Of a stretch of DNA of 64,000 bases, positions 49,201-59,200 are shown piece by piece. This stretch comes from a virus. The first letter of the stretch is position 1; every line of letters starts with the position of its first letter. The stretch is from the IMG/VR virus record IMGVR_UViG_3300041405_000060, positions 12,757 through 76,756 of that record. The stretch is one strand, 5' to 3'. The translations under genes and the position numbers were made by a program. Under the pieces are notes generated by a model, which worked only from the letters and a program-made list of their open reading frames with translations, ran no database searches and was not told where the DNA came from.

Positions 49201-50266
49201 TACAATGACAGGTGTTCCTGTTGAGTATTTGATGATCTTCTGTGCAATGGAATCCAACTTCGATTGGACCGTTAAAGCAGGAGCCGGTGGTTCTGCTACC
49301 GGTTGGTTCCAGTTCATCAACTCGACTTGGGATTGGATGGTTTCTTTACACGGAGCTAAGTATGGCTTCCCAGCTGACTTAGGTCGTCGTCTCCGTCTCG
49401 ATCCTCGTATGAACGCACTGATGGGTGCAGAGTACATGAAGTACTCGATGGGTGTGATCAAGAAAGGTACCGGCAAAGATCCGTCTGATGTCGACCTGTA
49501 CTTGGCTCACTTCCTAGGCCCTGGTACTGCAGTAAAGTGGATCAACATGGACAAAGCTACAATCGGTGCTTCGGCATTTCCGAAAGAAGCTGCGGCCAAC
49601 CCTTCTATCTTTAAAGAGAAATCCACAGGTGCTCTCCGTACACTGGGTCAGATCGAGAAATCGTTTGATGACCGTATGGCGAAGTATCGTGCGATGGCTA
49701 CTGCTGGTACTGCCAGTGGTGCAGCTGTTCCTTTGAAAGTAGAAGATGTTGAGAAACAAGAAGCAGCTGAAAAGGCTAAGGCGGCAGAGAATGCAGCTAA
49801 AGAGGAAGGGAAGTTTATTCCTGGAGTCTCGGCAATGCCTGGTGGTCCTTCGGCTACTGGTTCTACTCCGACCAATACTGGTTCGGGTGGTCCAACGCTT
49901 CCAGCTCCAGCCAGTGCGGCTACTCAAGCACCGGCAGGCGCTTCAACTGCTCCAGTAGGTGTAATGGCTCCGGTCGCTGCTCCTACATCAGAAGCACAAC
50001 CCACTGTAGATAATCCATCTACACAAGCTGCGCAGGCTGCCTCGATGGCTAAGGACCAACAGCGTGCACAGCAAGTTCAACAGTCGACTAAAAACGACAC
50101 CGCTATTATGAGTGTACAACAAGAACAACTTGAAACTCAGAAAGCAATGTTGGAAGCTCTGAAGCAACTCGTTTCAGCAGCAGGAGCCGGTGGACAGGGC
50201 AATAGTATGCCCAAGCAGCAACAGTCACGGTCGGCTAACAAGTCTCCGTTTCCTGTTCCAGTCTAA
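43262..50266 (+). CDS. Giant tail protein with C-terminal lytic transglycosylase domain (phiKZ gp181-like, tape-measure-like)
   Basis: 2334 aa, helical, with a TM-like segment; SLT motifs [18 protein letters not shown] and YLAHFLGPG; divergent from beta'. Confidence 0.9.
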   Translation: MASNKTKLAEASTKSAFDFDDDFDSLFEDEQLSGKKRSPVKDFMAGFKDGVLDKGKNKSLLKAFLTNGAPKGYDRLFGAYDQMKNSAESLKDHLEKTNPGDLQYLFKRAESFLPSMKGKLSDSTYDRINTALSNKADQYKYQIEANQDQSRLAIRRQRAQDEETIKQGLGEDLRSAVDQGTVIQRNLFNMGQEAEQRRWDLERIERGLRDQVDNKHHQTVARGLAQAVDSLTRMASYAEQVDYDFKRKGLELQFRSYQALRDMSKLAEAQLEMQNKAFQALVRNTGLPDHLKSSMKDLVGMNMRQGMAGAGSSMVGRTLSGFLGGYGGNVQGRINNKASGALSGMVQGLQAGESMGDFWDQRYRLAGGLAADGLHGFARNTIAPIAGRALRPAMTRMSNKHGKGKHNQVGYAMDNIPAFMQEYVNNYQNSYGAKGVLQDILRPFTPQFGLDTTTKAGNYQTIGQHTAFNQLSQRSLTEVLPGFQARILRELRMIRSGKDDVPMEVFDITKGVFTTSKEANANQRDRIVSKGTTRMVSGQISETLDIIDKDGKLSTGARKALSERLLRDASSNKRFDPMRYGSKNGYKEGTSKETLAELESFFKGQFERDEKGKFADTAANHEKRKLMSDSFLNIRNVSRDPAAEIHRLIEAGKTDQLRELGILQTIDGQDRINYPMLWQMMSQDVSMKHGGQGANYHDADGDTGSRNFVGPHFPGRLSAASQSAAVRFLEGPQGQAAKDGIKRIGSGAKDLMDQFKADPQQFMRDQYNAGSTAVKGRAQNLKDSATAAADAAKAGGLPAIMEHFSAQEKLDFAKSLLNNVIDKEPPAMREARLQMAQAIINSINSTKEAGSKALASESGQKALAAGNSVMALGHDKVDQMKRSEAAGIVDLKLQGANDTLIKAIDMIQGKLIDVNTGKVIEKASDITGEVRNIFNQQVASAEEVARGLYDDRGNLMSRAKVKLDSIQAVISKHATNALNSAKEKLDDMKDWCLEGTDRVIIKARDLAEGNLIDEETGEPIYSLDDIKGTITDQYGQIVATAQELARGLRSTDGKKFDMQDVKNRAAKLASQIWRGNTTQNVFASMQMAGKAAWMIARNTAARIMGDRDAYLPGNLKPVLTVEKLKEGGYLDKDQKVIKSFGDINGPVFDAESGEPLLDKSELKSLVDTNGKKHKIAKNQGLVRKIVGGAVKGYWNLTKKYYGALGREMGNDAHALAKTVMAPIGSFSKRQLASLSTTDQVLVQIRDAIRETVPKKNRKGSWMDKNEQRSAEEKNKEAKEDREQKESKGLFSKMSTALSGLWGKMMGKKKDEEEEEEGGIMDTVGDAVSTAADAKDLLPDGKGRRRRVRGGGRFGKMGARIAGSRLGQAAASTGGRLMATAGGQMAARGAMMVGTALASLVSAPVLIGAAVVAGVAVAGYFTYKYFAGVKGEFMSVRMLQYGITSTRQRHKILSLEQLMEKTAMRGQNPQMNISAAGGKAILDIMGLDANDEASIHRFARWMDVRFKPVFCQWLKALDTIGKTQLSLTDIEEKVDDPLKGSLVKEISMDYGDGSPFSCRDNPFGDTDPLDDTVEETKERIKELSEKYKVDGKADKDKSELPGVKPKADEANKDTTENKEKGALVGATAAAAAKAAAESAKVAGKAVNEQKAEAAKSVSQRVNEMAKVAGVGAAAGGAMLMVGPVPIASQELAALDAIRARAYGMETLNKNDMEALIAMETRVDLQSKTDQSGQVKFNGDMEKFITGAGGLFGLNTADHGPDRIKFVNWFMERFLPVCETFLTRARAVYKGKPANAATGIKLGDQVTVANALMGAVNPKGTSVWSSPTIFTVKGKLEDLKGLADIDMAYLQKQADAVMASPTQSAGAQAQGAQDAAGGKSFLGSIGDKIGSAYDSAKNAVSGAVDSAGSALSSAASTVKQWGKSAGTAVAAAGVKAYGAASEAITGQSYGYVSGGNGGSWEQVPMPTSKDAKGSRKTMEVVATMTGVPVEYLMIFCAMESNFDWTVKAGAGGSATGWFQFINSTWDWMVSLHGAKYGFPADLGRRLRLDPRMNALMGAEYMKYSMGVIKKGTGKDPSDVDLYLAHFLGPGTAVKWINMDKATIGASAFPKEAAANPSIFKEKSTGALRTLGQIEKSFDDRMAKYRAMATAGTASGAAVPLKVEDVEKQEAAEKAKAAENAAKEEGKFIPGVSAMPGGPSATGSTPTNTGSGGPTLPAPASAATQAPAGASTAPVGVMAPVAAPTSEAQPTVDNPSTQAAQAASMAKDQQRAQQVQQSTKNDTAIMSVQQEQLETQKAMLEALKQLVSAAGAGGQGNSMPKQQQSRSANKSPFPVPV

Positions 50267-50271
50267 AATCT

Positions 50272-50300
50272 AGGGCTCACCTTCGGGTGGGCTTTATTTT
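50272..50300 (+). terminator. Intrinsic terminator
   Basis: AGGGCTCACC-TTCG-GGTGGGCTTT-ATTTT. Confidence 0.75.
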
Positions 50301-50316
50301 GTCTAAAGGTCCCAAC

Positions 50317-52296
50317 ATGGCAACTCCAACAGTCGATACACCAATCTGGTTACGACAAGCCTTCTTATTACCTACGTCACAAAACCAAGTGTCGTTTGGT
50401 TCTGAGACTCGTCGGCGCTATGCCAACTCGGCAGCCTTCAAATTTACAAACACAACTCCTGGTGGTAACTTCACCATTAATAACCTCCCGCAGTACACTC
50501 GCCATGCCGATATCCGTCAACCTGGTCGTGGACGTAACCACAAGAATAAAAAATTGGGGATGGGTCGTTATTACTCAGAAGCACATGACGACTTAGCACA
50601 AAAGCTACATCTGTCATTCGGTGTTCCCCGGTTCTCTAGCTGGGCTTCGTTCTTCACGAACTTCTATGACCGGTCGGCAGCTATGTTTGCCAACTCGGGT
50701 AAGACTACCGACATTTGGTATAACCTGGGTAACACATTGTCTTTTGTTGTGACACTCCCAGTACAACCATTCATCATCGGTATCACTGCGGTATCTCGTG
50801 TATTGTCGTTCCTTTCGAAATCGTCTCCATCTAAATGGTTCTATTTCAAACCAACGATGCACGCTTATTGGTCAGCGGTTAACACACTGGCTAACGAATT
50901 TGCAATTAACATGGGCTTGCAACCTCGCCTATATACCGATCCAGATTCTCAAGGCCCAATGGCTGATCCAGGTCAGACAGTGACGGCAGAAGACATGGCA
51001 CGGTTCCACACCATGATGCCTGGGTTGTTTACACCGAAAGGTGGTATCGACGTAATGGCTCTAGCTGGTCGAGCGCAGCGGAAAGCTGACGAGGCTAAGA
51101 AAGCTTGGGACGCTATGGCTGAAAAGGCCCGTAACATCGAAGAACTGAAAGCGGGTGTTAACGCAGAAATCGCTAAGTATTACAAAGACCCTAACCCTAA
51201 CGTTTCGGCTCGGGAATACTTTATTGATTATCTGGGAGCGGACCCTGTAGGTGATTCGGCTGTTATTGACTCCGAGAAATTTAACGAGTGGGGCGATTTA
51301 TCGAAGGTAATGAACTTCATTACTGGTGCCCAACGTGACGGTATGCAATTCGTTACGCTACGTGCAGACTTTAACGGGGAACAATCAGAATCCTTTACAT
51401 CGTCTACTACTTCTGTAGGTGTTGCACAAACACTTAACACGAAAGTTACCGAAGGTCGAGCAGCACAGTTCAACTTCATGCAAGGTAACGTTACGGAATT
51501 GATTGGTGGTGCATTCCAAGCGGTGTCTAGCTTCGTAGGGGGTGCTCTAGACATGGTGAACATGTCTGGCCTAGCAACCCTAGCCGGTTCTGCATTTGTA
51601 GACGTGCCGGAGTACTGGGAGTCTTCTATGGCCTCCCTACCTACGGCATCGTACACCATTCCATTAGTGTGTGCACACGGTAACAAGATGTCGCGTTTCT
51701 TAAACATCTATTTGCCATTGGCTATGATCCTACCGATGGCTTTACCGCGGTCTGCAGGTCGAGCAGCTTATACTGCTCCATTTATCTGTCAACTATTCCA
51801 CCAAGGTCGTAACCAAAAACAACTAGCGATTGTTGACTCACTAACAATCCGTCGTGGTACTGGTCACGTGGGTTGGAACGCCGATAATGAAATGCTTAAC
51901 TGTGAAGTAACTATCTCGGTTAAGGATCTCTCGAAAATCATGCACATCCCACTGAAAGCAGGTTTCGCTTCTGCTTCTTGGCTAGGTACGGCTGTTCGTG
52001 GTGCAGCAGCTACAGCGGCAGAGATGGTTGGTGAAACAACTCTGAACGTAACTACTGCTCTGACCAATGGCGCTGTATGGGACGAACAATCGTTGTTCAA
52101 TGACTACACGGCTACTCTGACATCTCAGTCATGGTCTGACTTCTATTACGCTGGTAAACGACTGAATCTGAACATTGCTAAACAGGTTCAGGCATTCCAA
52201 TCGTGGCGTAGTCCATCTAACTTCATGTCGTGGGTATTGGATGGTGACGTGGCTCGAACTATTGCTGCATTCGCTGCATCGACAGATCGATTCTAG
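50317..52296 (+). CDS. Virion tail/baseplate structural protein (phiKZ gp182-like)
   Basis: 659 aa from ATG 50317; P.YWESS and [12 protein letters not shown]....[10 protein letters not shown] resemble a tube-initiator-like pattern; synteny. Confidence 0.7.
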   Translation: MATPTVDTPIWLRQAFLLPTSQNQVSFGSETRRRYANSAAFKFTNTTPGGNFTINNLPQYTRHADIRQPGRGRNHKNKKLGMGRYYSEAHDDLAQKLHLSFGVPRFSSWASFFTNFYDRSAAMFANSGKTTDIWYNLGNTLSFVVTLPVQPFIIGITAVSRVLSFLSKSSPSKWFYFKPTMHAYWSAVNTLANEFAINMGLQPRLYTDPDSQGPMADPGQTVTAEDMARFHTMMPGLFTPKGGIDVMALAGRAQRKADEAKKAWDAMAEKARNIEELKAGVNAEIAKYYKDPNPNVSAREYFIDYLGADPVGDSAVIDSEKFNEWGDLSKVMNFITGAQRDGMQFVTLRADFNGEQSESFTSSTTSVGVAQTLNTKVTEGRAAQFNFMQGNVTELIGGAFQAVSSFVGGALDMVNMSGLATLAGSAFVDVPEYWESSMASLPTASYTIPLVCAHGNKMSRFLNIYLPLAMILPMALPRSAGRAAYTAPFICQLFHQGRNQKQLAIVDSLTIRRGTGHVGWNADNEMLNCEVTISVKDLSKIMHIPLKAGFASASWLGTAVRGAAATAAEMVGETTLNVTTALTNGAVWDEQSLFNDYTATLTSQSWSDFYYAGKRLNLNIAKQVQAFQSWRSPSNFMSWVLDGDVARTIAAFAASTDRF

Positions 52297-52372
52297 GAAA
52301 GAAATACCCGGCGTCATGATTTAATGTAGACACGGCGCCGTGTCATTTCTAAAATCCAATTGGAGTAATACA

Positions 52373-52774
52373 ATGTCCCTACTGCAAACCCTCGGTCTCA
52401 AACTTCTCGGTTCCGACGCACTGGCTGCGATCAAAGCTGAAGTCGTAACACTCGCTGAACGTACGTTCCGCAAAACCGAAGATAACAAATCGTTTGTTGA
52501 TCGCACTTCGACCCACGATCGTGAACTCTTCTTGTCTGATGAGATCGCCAACCCTGGTCGTCTCCGTCAAATCCAAGCTGCGCTGCTCGTGCAACTGGTT
52601 GGTGACAAGCAACGTGCTTACGAAGTTATCAAGGCTTCTGATGAAGCTGAGGCTTCGGGTGAAGGTTTCATGAAAAAGAAAGCTGCAGTACTGAAGGTCG
52701 TCAAAGAATTCGGTCTCAGCAAGTCGGTCAATCAGCTGGTCATCGAACTGGCTGTACAGCTGAGCAAAGATTAA
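52373..52774 (+). CDS. Hypothetical protein
   Basis: RBS GGAG before ATG 52373; strongly biased codon use. Confidence 0.7.
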   Translation: MSLLQTLGLKLLGSDALAAIKAEVVTLAERTFRKTEDNKSFVDRTSTHDRELFLSDEIANPGRLRQIQAALLVQLVGDKQRAYEVIKASDEAEASGEGFMKKKAAVLKVVKEFGLSKSVNQLVIELAVQLSKD

Positions 52775-52775
52775 A

Positions 52776-52807
52776 CATATCGGCTATCCTTCGGGATAGC
52801 CTTTATG
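52776..52807 (+). terminator. Hairpin (CATA...TATG family)
   Basis: CATATC-GGCTATCC-TTCG-GGATAGCC-TTTATG. Confidence 0.75.
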
Positions 52808-52828
52808 ATGTGTTAAGGAGATTACCAC

Positions 52829-53104
52829 ATGAAACGATCAATGACTCGCTGGTTAGCATCAAACGAACAAGTGCATTATGTTGAAGAAGAACTACCACAA
52901 CTCGTAAAGAAACCTTTGGATAAACAGGGGGCTACGATTTGGGTTGATGACTCACCTGTAGCTAAAGGTGGTTTACGTGCATTAGACACTACTAAAGACT
53001 TGCCTAAGAATCCTAAAGAGGGTGAAGGGTATCAAGTCCGTGGAGTTTACTGGACGTGGACTAATGGACGATGGATGTCACTGCAAGGCCTATATGGACA
53101 ATAG
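52829..53104 (+). CDS. Hypothetical protein with fibre-like LP..P..G..Y.V...W module
   Basis: RBS AAGGAG; 91 aa. Confidence 0.65.
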   Translation: MKRSMTRWLASNEQVHYVEEELPQLVKKPLDKQGATIWVDDSPVAKGGLRALDTTKDLPKNPKEGEGYQVRGVYWTWTNGRWMSLQGLYGQ

Positions 53105-53129
53105 CCAACCTACGGGTTGGTTTTATGTC
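53103..53129 (+). terminator. Hairpin terminator
   Basis: AGCCAACC-TACG-GGTTGGTT-TTATGTC. Confidence 0.7.
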
Positions 53130-53150
53130 GTTTCCAAAATCTTTCAGATC

Positions 53151-53158
53151 TATATTAC
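53151..53158 (+). promoter_or_regulatory. Early promoter motif TATATTAC
   Basis: TTTCAGATC-TATATTAC-T upstream of ORF 53193. Confidence 0.75.
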
Positions 53159-53192
53159 TAAAAGGAATATTAACTAGCATGGTCATAAACAG

Positions 53193-54083
53193 ATGCAAAC
53201 TTCTTCGTTCCACCACATGAGTGTTGTTGGTGCTTTTGAATTGTTGCGTGCAGGAAATGCGCTCAATGCAACAGGATACACGTTCAAGCATGATCAGCAC
53301 TACGACGGTAGTTGCACATTGGTCCATTTGCTCTGTATAGATGATTCCACAGGCAAAGCAGCCTGGCATGCATGGCGAGTTATTGGTTCTCCTTGGAATA
53401 CAGCATTGATTCAGCGTGCGGTAATGAACCGCATGTTCGCTACAGCTGAACTGGTATCGTTCGGAGACATTCTTTATTACGATCCGATGCATCTAGTTAA
53501 ACTACCACATCGTCATCGTGCTGAAGCATTGATCACCACAAAATCACATACTCAACCAAACGGTTTCATTCGTAGCAACGTTTATGGTTCGCAACTGGGT
53601 GGTGGCATGCCCGGTAACAACCTACCTATGTTTCCTGGCCCAAGCGACTACCCTTTCATGCCAGGCCCAGGGTTGCCGATGAATCCACAGTTCGGTCAGC
53701 AGTACCCAAGTCATCCGCAGTTTCAACAACCCACCCATAGCGTCACTTCAGTTGCTAACATACCCGGTATGCCAAATGCTAACCGCAGTGCGTTGGGTCT
53801 GTTGAATCCACACGAAGCGCAATTTGCTCGTGAGACCATGGGTGCGTTGGTTGATCATCTCAACAACAACGGTATTTGGAACTGGAATGAAGATACGGAT
53901 ACCGATCCAAAAACTGAATTCACGTACAAAGACGGGAACTTTCCTCGCGGCGTACAACGCCTCATCCGAAAAAGCTTGCTCCGTGCAGCCAAGACGTTTG
54001 GCTACAAAGTAATCTGGTCTACTCCTGATCTGGATACGACCGTTCTGACTATCTTCATTGACCTGACTCTGGAAGACAATTAA
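53193..54083 (+). CDS. Hypothetical early protein with Pro/Gln-rich linker
   Basis: 296 aa. Confidence 0.7.
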   Translation: MQTSSFHHMSVVGAFELLRAGNALNATGYTFKHDQHYDGSCTLVHLLCIDDSTGKAAWHAWRVIGSPWNTALIQRAVMNRMFATAELVSFGDILYYDPMHLVKLPHRHRAEALITTKSHTQPNGFIRSNVYGSQLGGGMPGNNLPMFPGPSDYPFMPGPGLPMNPQFGQQYPSHPQFQQPTHSVTSVANIPGMPNANRSALGLLNPHEAQFARETMGALVDHLNNNGIWNWNEDTDTDPKTEFTYKDGNFPRGVQRLIRKSLLRAAKTFGYKVIWSTPDLDTTVLTIFIDLTLEDN

Positions 54084-54592
54084 TGAACCATCCTGTTGCT
54101 CAACCGTTTCGCCCGAAAGATACAGTACCTTACCAGGAATACAATCTGGAAGTTCAAGCCAAGATCGATGAAAACATTGGTGATCACCAAGTACGTTACG
54201 CACGTGCTTTGGAACTGGTAGGTTTCTTGAGCTCTATTCGTTTTGGCCCTGTGATGAATAAGAAGTTCCGTCAATTCCAGGAATTGGTGGTTCGCGAATT
54301 CGGACAGAAAGCTGTTGTCCAGACGCATGGCCTTTATACCGAACGACGTCTTTGGACATCGGTAGAAATGGATGAACTGGTTATCGGTATCAACCGTGGC
54401 TACAACGTAGGTATTGACGAGCTTGGTGCGATCTACGGCCTGCATGGTAATCGTGTCGGTATTGAATTGATCACTACCCATCAAGGCGTCTTGTACCAGA
54501 ACTCCAATCAGCTCACTACTCCCGAGTGGTGGGAAAAGATGGAACGCATCATCGTGGAGATGAAAGAACCTCCACTGATGCAAACCAACTGA
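54083..54592 (+). CDS. Hypothetical protein
   Basis: TAATG-coupled, 169 aa. Confidence 0.7.
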   Translation: MNHPVAQPFRPKDTVPYQEYNLEVQAKIDENIGDHQVRYARALELVGFLSSIRFGPVMNKKFRQFQELVVREFGQKAVVQTHGLYTERRLWTSVEMDELVIGINRGYNVGIDELGAIYGLHGNRVGIELITTHQGVLYQNSNQLTTPEWWEKMERIIVEMKEPPLMQTN

Positions 54593-54611
54593 GTAGAAAG
54601 AAACTCAGATC

Positions 54612-54619
54612 TATATCAC
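54612..54619 (+). promoter_or_regulatory. Early promoter variant TATATCAC
   Basis: CTCAGATC-TATATCAC-T, with the same upstream context as 26862 and 53151. Confidence 0.65.
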
Positions 54620-54653
54620 TGTACTGCAATCACACACAAGGGAAACACCTGCA

Positions 54654-55076
54654 ATGACTGATGTATCGAAAATCCAAGCTGCTGCTTACGCTGAAAAGAA
54701 TGGCCTGAACGAAAAGATGTCGATCAGCGATGCTGGCATCTACACGATCCCTGCTGACCTGCAACAAACCCTGGTTCTCGATCCACTGGGCGTATCTGCG
54801 GATACCTACAAGAAGATCGAAAAAGGCAATGCTGAATTACTGGGCGGCGTAATGTACGTCGGCGGTAATCTGGCTGTTGGTCATTTCAAAGCTAACCCAG
54901 ATGCAGTGGAAGTTGGCTTGAACTATCAGCAAGGTTCTGCAACCACCGTAAGTGTGTTGTACAACCGTGAAGCAAAAGACCACACCGTAGTTGCAATCGA
55001 AACCAAACACAAAACAGCAGACGTCAAACGTGTGCTGTCGTATCTGGGCGACGAATTCGCTAACATCAACTCGTAA
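54654..55076 (+). CDS. Hypothetical early protein
   Basis: 140 aa, strong codon bias, RBS AAGGGA. Confidence 0.75.
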   Translation: MTDVSKIQAAAYAEKNGLNEKMSISDAGIYTIPADLQQTLVLDPLGVSADTYKKIEKGNAELLGGVMYVGGNLAVGHFKANPDAVEVGLNYQQGSATTVSVLYNREAKDHTVVAIETKHKTADVKRVLSYLGDEFANINS

Positions 55077-55085
55077 GGCTGCAAA

Positions 55086-55514
55086 GTGAAAAGACCAGAT
55101 ATCGTGGGCATGGAACGTGATAAGGCTTCCATGTACATTCAGCGCATCTTGAAGCAGGAACAAAACGAACTCCCTTCTGGCTACGGTATCTGGTTTAACT
55201 GGTATAGTTATCCAGAACTTCGCCGTGGGTATATGAGTCACCCAGTGATGTACAAACTGAATCCTTGGGGACCACCGCGACCAAGGCAAGAAGCGATGGC
55301 GAGTGCCAAGATTGTTAGTCGCTTGCGTAAACGTGGGATTCTGGGTGTACGTGTTACTGGGCCGATTGAACTCAGTCCTTCAGCGGTCAGAGTTCGTGAA
55401 TACGAGCGTACACGCAAAATCGAGGATGAACAGCGCTTGATCGAAGAATGGAAAAAGCATCATATGCCAGCCCATCTTGAGCGTTTTGGTCCGACAGACA
55501 ATTTGGATTTCTGA
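55086..55514 (+). CDS. Hypothetical protein
   Basis: 142 aa, GTG start after TAAGG. Confidence 0.65.
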   Translation: MKRPDIVGMERDKASMYIQRILKQEQNELPSGYGIWFNWYSYPELRRGYMSHPVMYKLNPWGPPRPRQEAMASAKIVSRLRKRGILGVRVTGPIELSPSAVRVREYERTRKIEDEQRLIEEWKKHHMPAHLERFGPTDNLDF

Positions 55515-55522
55515 GGTTTAAG

Positions 55523-55687
55523 ATGGGAGCTGAACTGTTTATCATCACCGAAGAATACGCCATGTTTAACAATGGCTGTTCCTTGGCACAACAAGCGGCC
55601 GCTGGTCGTTTATCCGATCGAATTGAACACGGCAATCTCGTGCGTGTTGATGTTTGCGAAAAGGAAAAGGACGATGCGATCGTTTAA
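55523..55687 (+). CDS. 54-aa hypothetical protein (absent from the ORF track)
   Basis: RBS GAGGT; MGAELFIITEEYAMF...DDAIV; fills the operon gap. Confidence 0.55.
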   Translation: MGAELFIITEEYAMFNNGCSLAQQAAAGRLSDRIEHGNLVRVDVCEKEKDDAIV

Positions 55688-55874
55688 AGGTATTAGCATG
55701 GATGGTACGTGTCTGTTCTTTGTTGATAAAGACTGGATGATGTATCTCGGTGGGAATCCAACTGCTCGACCTGCAGCTATCCGTTTTTCAGATCGTGTTG
55801 GTCGTAGCAATATCGTTGCAGTCAAGGTAACTCTCCGTGCAAATCATGTCCCCCTCAGCGAAAGCATTTCGTGA
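55674..55874 (+). CDS. 66-aa hypothetical protein
   Basis: RBS AAGGA before ATG 55674 (MRSFKGISMDG). Confidence 0.55.
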   Translation: MRSFKGISMDGTCLFFVDKDWMMYLGGNPTARPAAIRFSDRVGRSNIVAVKVTLRANHVPLSESIS

Positions 55875-56241
55875 GCAATATGTAACTGTCGATGATGTAC
55901 TCGATAAGATGCATCTCTACATGAAACAAAAGCACGAGATGTTGGAACGACGATCTGCTGGCATCAAGAAGATTATCGTTTCACATGTTGAACAAAAGCT
56001 TTACGCATGGAATGTTCTCATTACCGATAACAAAGGAGAATATGAGCCTATCGTGTTAGAAGGCCAGTTCCCTTTAAAGCGGATCTATGGAAACGTTTAC
56101 AATGCACACTTTGATGTTCCACGCGGTGGAGCAGTTGAACTAATCGTACACTGGATGGGTGGACATGTGATGTTGGCATGCCCTGGCCGTCCTTGGAAAG
56201 TACATTGCCAAATTGGTAAGGAAAAGAATGAGCTCTCGTGA
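55846..56241 (+). CDS. Hypothetical protein
   Basis: ORF in the operon; start uncertain (55837 or 55846). Confidence 0.6.
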   Translation: MSPSAKAFREQYVTVDDVLDKMHLYMKQKHEMLERRSAGIKKIIVSHVEQKLYAWNVLITDNKGEYEPIVLEGQFPLKRIYGNVYNAHFDVPRGGAVELIVHWMGGHVMLACPGRPWKVHCQIGKEKNELS

Positions 56242-56653
56242 AAACTTGGCAGTAGAAAAGCTGCTGATCAAATTGCGTGTTTACCTGCAATCCATCAGTC
56301 GTGGTAACAGTGGTAATGTTGTGCGCAACGTCACTGTTGATGGGCGCGTGTATAACGTCCGTGTAACCCGTAGCGGTATGGTTGAAGTCACGATCACTCT
56401 GGGCAGTACTAAGCTTTATGCTTATTACAATGGTCGCGATAGCCTGGTTTATTCGGGTAGCGATCAAACGTCCGGTGCATCTGGCAAAACTGGTAGCTAT
56501 CGTCGTATCGATGATAACCAGGTTGCTTATCTGCTGCGCACCAACATCAAACGTGCATTCCCTGACTATACCCGCATCAATCTGAAGTACACCAAACCGA
56601 CAACCAAGAAAGGTCGTCACCGTATGGTGTCGGGTGAGATGGTTCCGTACTGA
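56228..56653 (+). CDS. Basic hypothetical protein
   Basis: RBS TAAGGA before ATG 56228; Arg/Lys-rich. Confidence 0.7.
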   Translation: MSSRENLAVEKLLIKLRVYLQSISRGNSGNVVRNVTVDGRVYNVRVTRSGMVEVTITLGSTKLYAYYNGRDSLVYSGSDQTSGASGKTGSYRRIDDNQVAYLLRTNIKRAFPDYTRINLKYTKPTTKKGRHRMVSGEMVPY

Positions 56654-56702
56654 TAAAGAAATACCTGTTCTGATAATAGAATAGGAACACTGCTGTAAAG
56701 CG

Positions 56703-56737
56703 TGGGTCCTTCGGGACCCATAGCTCATTTCTTTTTT
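56703..56737 (+). terminator. Hairpin terminator
   Basis: TGGGTCC-TTCG-GGACCCA then a T-rich tail. Confidence 0.7.
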
Positions 56738-56756
56738 ATACAAGAGGCTGTACTTA

Positions 56757-57803
56757 ATGACTCAAGATGTTCAATTCGTTGCTCCGTTCATTGTCCTGGA
56801 AGGCGACGAAGGCGTAGGTAAAGGTACTGTTGCAAAGCTGGTAGCTAAGCAACTGGAAATCAAAGGTATCCCACACGTACACACTTTCGAACCTGGTGGT
56901 ACTGAACTCGGTGGTGTTCTCCGTCAACAACTGTTGATGAAGCGTGAACAACCGCTGGAGAAAGAAACTCACATCCTGCTGCATCAAGCTTACCGCAAAG
57001 AACACATCGAAAAAGTAATCCTGCCCGCACTTCATTCGGGTAAGGTTGTTGTGTGCGAACGCTTCTTCATGTCGACACTGGCTCTCAATGTCATGCCGTA
57101 CATCAAAGAAGAAGAGCAACTGTATCAGCTGTTCATGGATACCATGCCACACGTTGCAAGTGATGTGGTTGAACCGGTTACTTTCCTGCTCAACATCGAT
57201 GATGATGCTGTCCGTAAAGAACGTCTGGCTGGTCGTGATCTAGATGCATACGAATCGCGCACTGCTGAAGAACTGCAAGCTACCTCCGATGCGTACAAGA
57301 TGTTCCAGAAGCATCCAACTACCATCACCCTGGATGCTACCAAGTCTCCAGAAGAACTGGCTGATCACATCGTAGCTCAGATCGAAGCACAACTGGATGC
57401 AGCTAAGAAACAAGCTGCTGAGTTCGCTGAACAAGAAGCTAAGCAACTGGCTGCACCTGTTGCAGACATGGCTGTTCCAGATGAACTGAAAGCACTCGAA
57501 CCGATTGTTGAAGAAAAGCCATTCGATCTGAAAGCCGCGGTTGAAGAATTTCTGGCTGAGAACTTGGTACCTGCTTTGTTCAACCATGACGTAGAACAAG
57601 TCGAGAAGTATCTGCCAATCGCACGATCCTATGTACTGTCCATTTACAACCAGATGCAAGACCCTGCTCTGTTCCTGGGCCAGAACCGTGCGCAACTGCG
57701 TACCAACATGCACAGCATCTTCCACTACGGTCACCAAATGGATCTCATCCGTGACCGCTCTGTAACTCCAGCTGAAGAACCTGCTACCGAAGCAGCAGCA
57801 TAA
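56757..57803 (+). CDS. tmk: Thymidylate kinase with C-terminal extension
   Basis: FIVLEGDEGVGKGT P-loop, TFEPGGTELG, R.EHIEKVILPALHSGKVVVCERF and LDATKSPEE. Confidence 0.92.
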   Translation: MTQDVQFVAPFIVLEGDEGVGKGTVAKLVAKQLEIKGIPHVHTFEPGGTELGGVLRQQLLMKREQPLEKETHILLHQAYRKEHIEKVILPALHSGKVVVCERFFMSTLALNVMPYIKEEEQLYQLFMDTMPHVASDVVEPVTFLLNIDDDAVRKERLAGRDLDAYESRTAEELQATSDAYKMFQKHPTTITLDATKSPEELADHIVAQIEAQLDAAKKQAAEFAEQEAKQLAAPVADMAVPDELKALEPIVEEKPFDLKAAVEEFLAENLVPALFNHDVEQVEKYLPIARSYVLSIYNQMQDPALFLGQNRAQLRTNMHSIFHYGHQMDLIRDRSVTPAEEPATEAAA

Positions 57804-57815
57804 CAAGGACTACAA

Positions 57816-58067
57816 ATGCAAGCCAGTAAGAAAACCGTAACTGTTCCAGTGTCTGAATCCGAGGACCTGAACGAATACATTGGTCGTACATTCAGTACCA
57901 CGAAGAACGGCCAGGAAACTTTAGTCACTCTGGAGAAAGTCAAACGGCGTGACGTATATCTGTCTTACACCAAGGCAGATCGGCAGGACCGTTTCACAGA
58001 GACACAAGCTAAGTTCCGTAAGTACTACGGCTTGCTCAAAACTGTCGTTGTAAAAGACGAAGCATAA
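57816..58067 (+). CDS. Hypothetical protein
   Basis: 83 aa, RBS AAGGA. Confidence 0.7.
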   Translation: MQASKKTVTVPVSESEDLNEYIGRTFSTTKNGQETLVTLEKVKRRDVYLSYTKADRQDRFTETQAKFRKYYGLLKTVVVKDEA

Positions 58068-58071
58068 CAAA

Positions 58072-58101
58072 CATAACGCCTCCCTTCGGGGAGGCTTTAT
58101 T
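58072..58101 (+). terminator. Hairpin, UUCG loop
   Basis: CATAAC-GCCTCCC-TTCG-GGGAGGC-TTTATT. Confidence 0.75.
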
Positions 58102-58116
58102 CCGTGAGGTGAAGAT

Positions 58117-58518
58117 ATGATGTTGGCTACGTGTTCTCGTTTAGTGGCAATGCTTGAAATTATCAAAGCGGTTGAAGCTAAACCGGCTAATGATGCGATG
58201 GTCGTTACATTAAGACAAGCTGGTAATGGCTTCTTCTTTCGTGGGTGTGCAACCTACAGTAGTTCCATAATGTCGGTTCATATGCACGGTGCCCTGGCAC
58301 TGGACAAGCTCGTGTTGGAATTCGAGACCGACGGTGAAACACCAATCATCTTGAGAGTCACTGACAATACCGATGTTCAAGGTGCAGCTGACGCAATCAT
58401 TAAATGGTTCACCGGTTATAATGAACAACTCTTCGTCTGTCCTCCAAATGGTTCTCTGCCAGGGTTCAGTGTCCATAATACCAAAGGTAAAATTGGCCTT
58501 CGTGCTATCGAGGAATAA
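58117..58518 (+). CDS. Hypothetical protein
   Basis: 133 aa, RBS GAGGTG. Confidence 0.65.
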   Translation: MMLATCSRLVAMLEIIKAVEAKPANDAMVVTLRQAGNGFFFRGCATYSSSIMSVHMHGALALDKLVLEFETDGETPIILRVTDNTDVQGAADAIIKWFTGYNEQLFVCPPNGSLPGFSVHNTKGKIGLRAIEE

Positions 58519-58521
58519 TTT

Positions 58522-59193
58522 GTGTACCGTTTAATCGCATTGTTGGTTTTGTTGTTCTCATTTAGTGTTCAAGCTGCTGAGCCCTTACGTTACGTAGGGG
58601 TCCCAGTGTTCTACTCGAAGTTCGTACCCAAGATTGCACCGTGTACGTTTGAGAAAAATGCTTCGTTCGGTTTCTGTGGCTGGGCTCTCTATCCTGAAGA
58701 GGGAGAGATCGGCGTAGCCACGATGCAGGGTGATGTAAAGGACGCATTCTTTGTTCGCCTGTATGATGAAGTACTGTGTATTGAAGGTAAGTGCGCTACC
58801 AACTACGGGGAACCTCGTGGGAAGTTTGAAGACAAGGGTACAGGTTATTGGTATATCCCAAAAGGGTTCTACCTGACCAAGCTTAACGACCAAATCACCG
58901 CTGTGAAGTACGGCAATGGACCGCAAGCCAACCAATACCCTATCAGAGCTATCAAGGTCCTTCCTGAGTACAATGACATGCCAGATGGCGTCTATGTACC
59001 GGAAGACAAAGATAGCCTCTCATACGACGTCTGGTGCAATGCTGGAAATGAGTGCAGTTACATGGGTCGAGTGATGTCGTTTACTGACCTGAAGAAATAT
59101 ATACCGAATCGCATGACCCTATACTGCACCGATCACTTTTGTTATACCCCTGAAGATCGTGTAGCTGGTATCAACCCGAAGACTTCTTACTGA
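58522..59193 (+). CDS. Exported Cys-rich protein with signal peptide
   Basis: MYRLIALLVLLFSFSVQA-AEP signal; 8 Cys. Confidence 0.7.
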   Translation: MYRLIALLVLLFSFSVQAAEPLRYVGVPVFYSKFVPKIAPCTFEKNASFGFCGWALYPEEGEIGVATMQGDVKDAFFVRLYDEVLCIEGKCATNYGEPRGKFEDKGTGYWYIPKGFYLTKLNDQITAVKYGNGPQANQYPIRAIKVLPEYNDMPDGVYVPEDKDSLSYDVWCNAGNECSYMGRVMSFTDLKKYIPNRMTLYCTDHFCYTPEDRVAGINPKTSY

Positions 59194-59200
59194 GATAACC

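Noticed and set aside
52298-56665. AAAGAAATACC repeated after stop codons at 52298 and 56655
   Set aside because: Only two copies of an AT-rich 11-mer; chance cannot be excluded.
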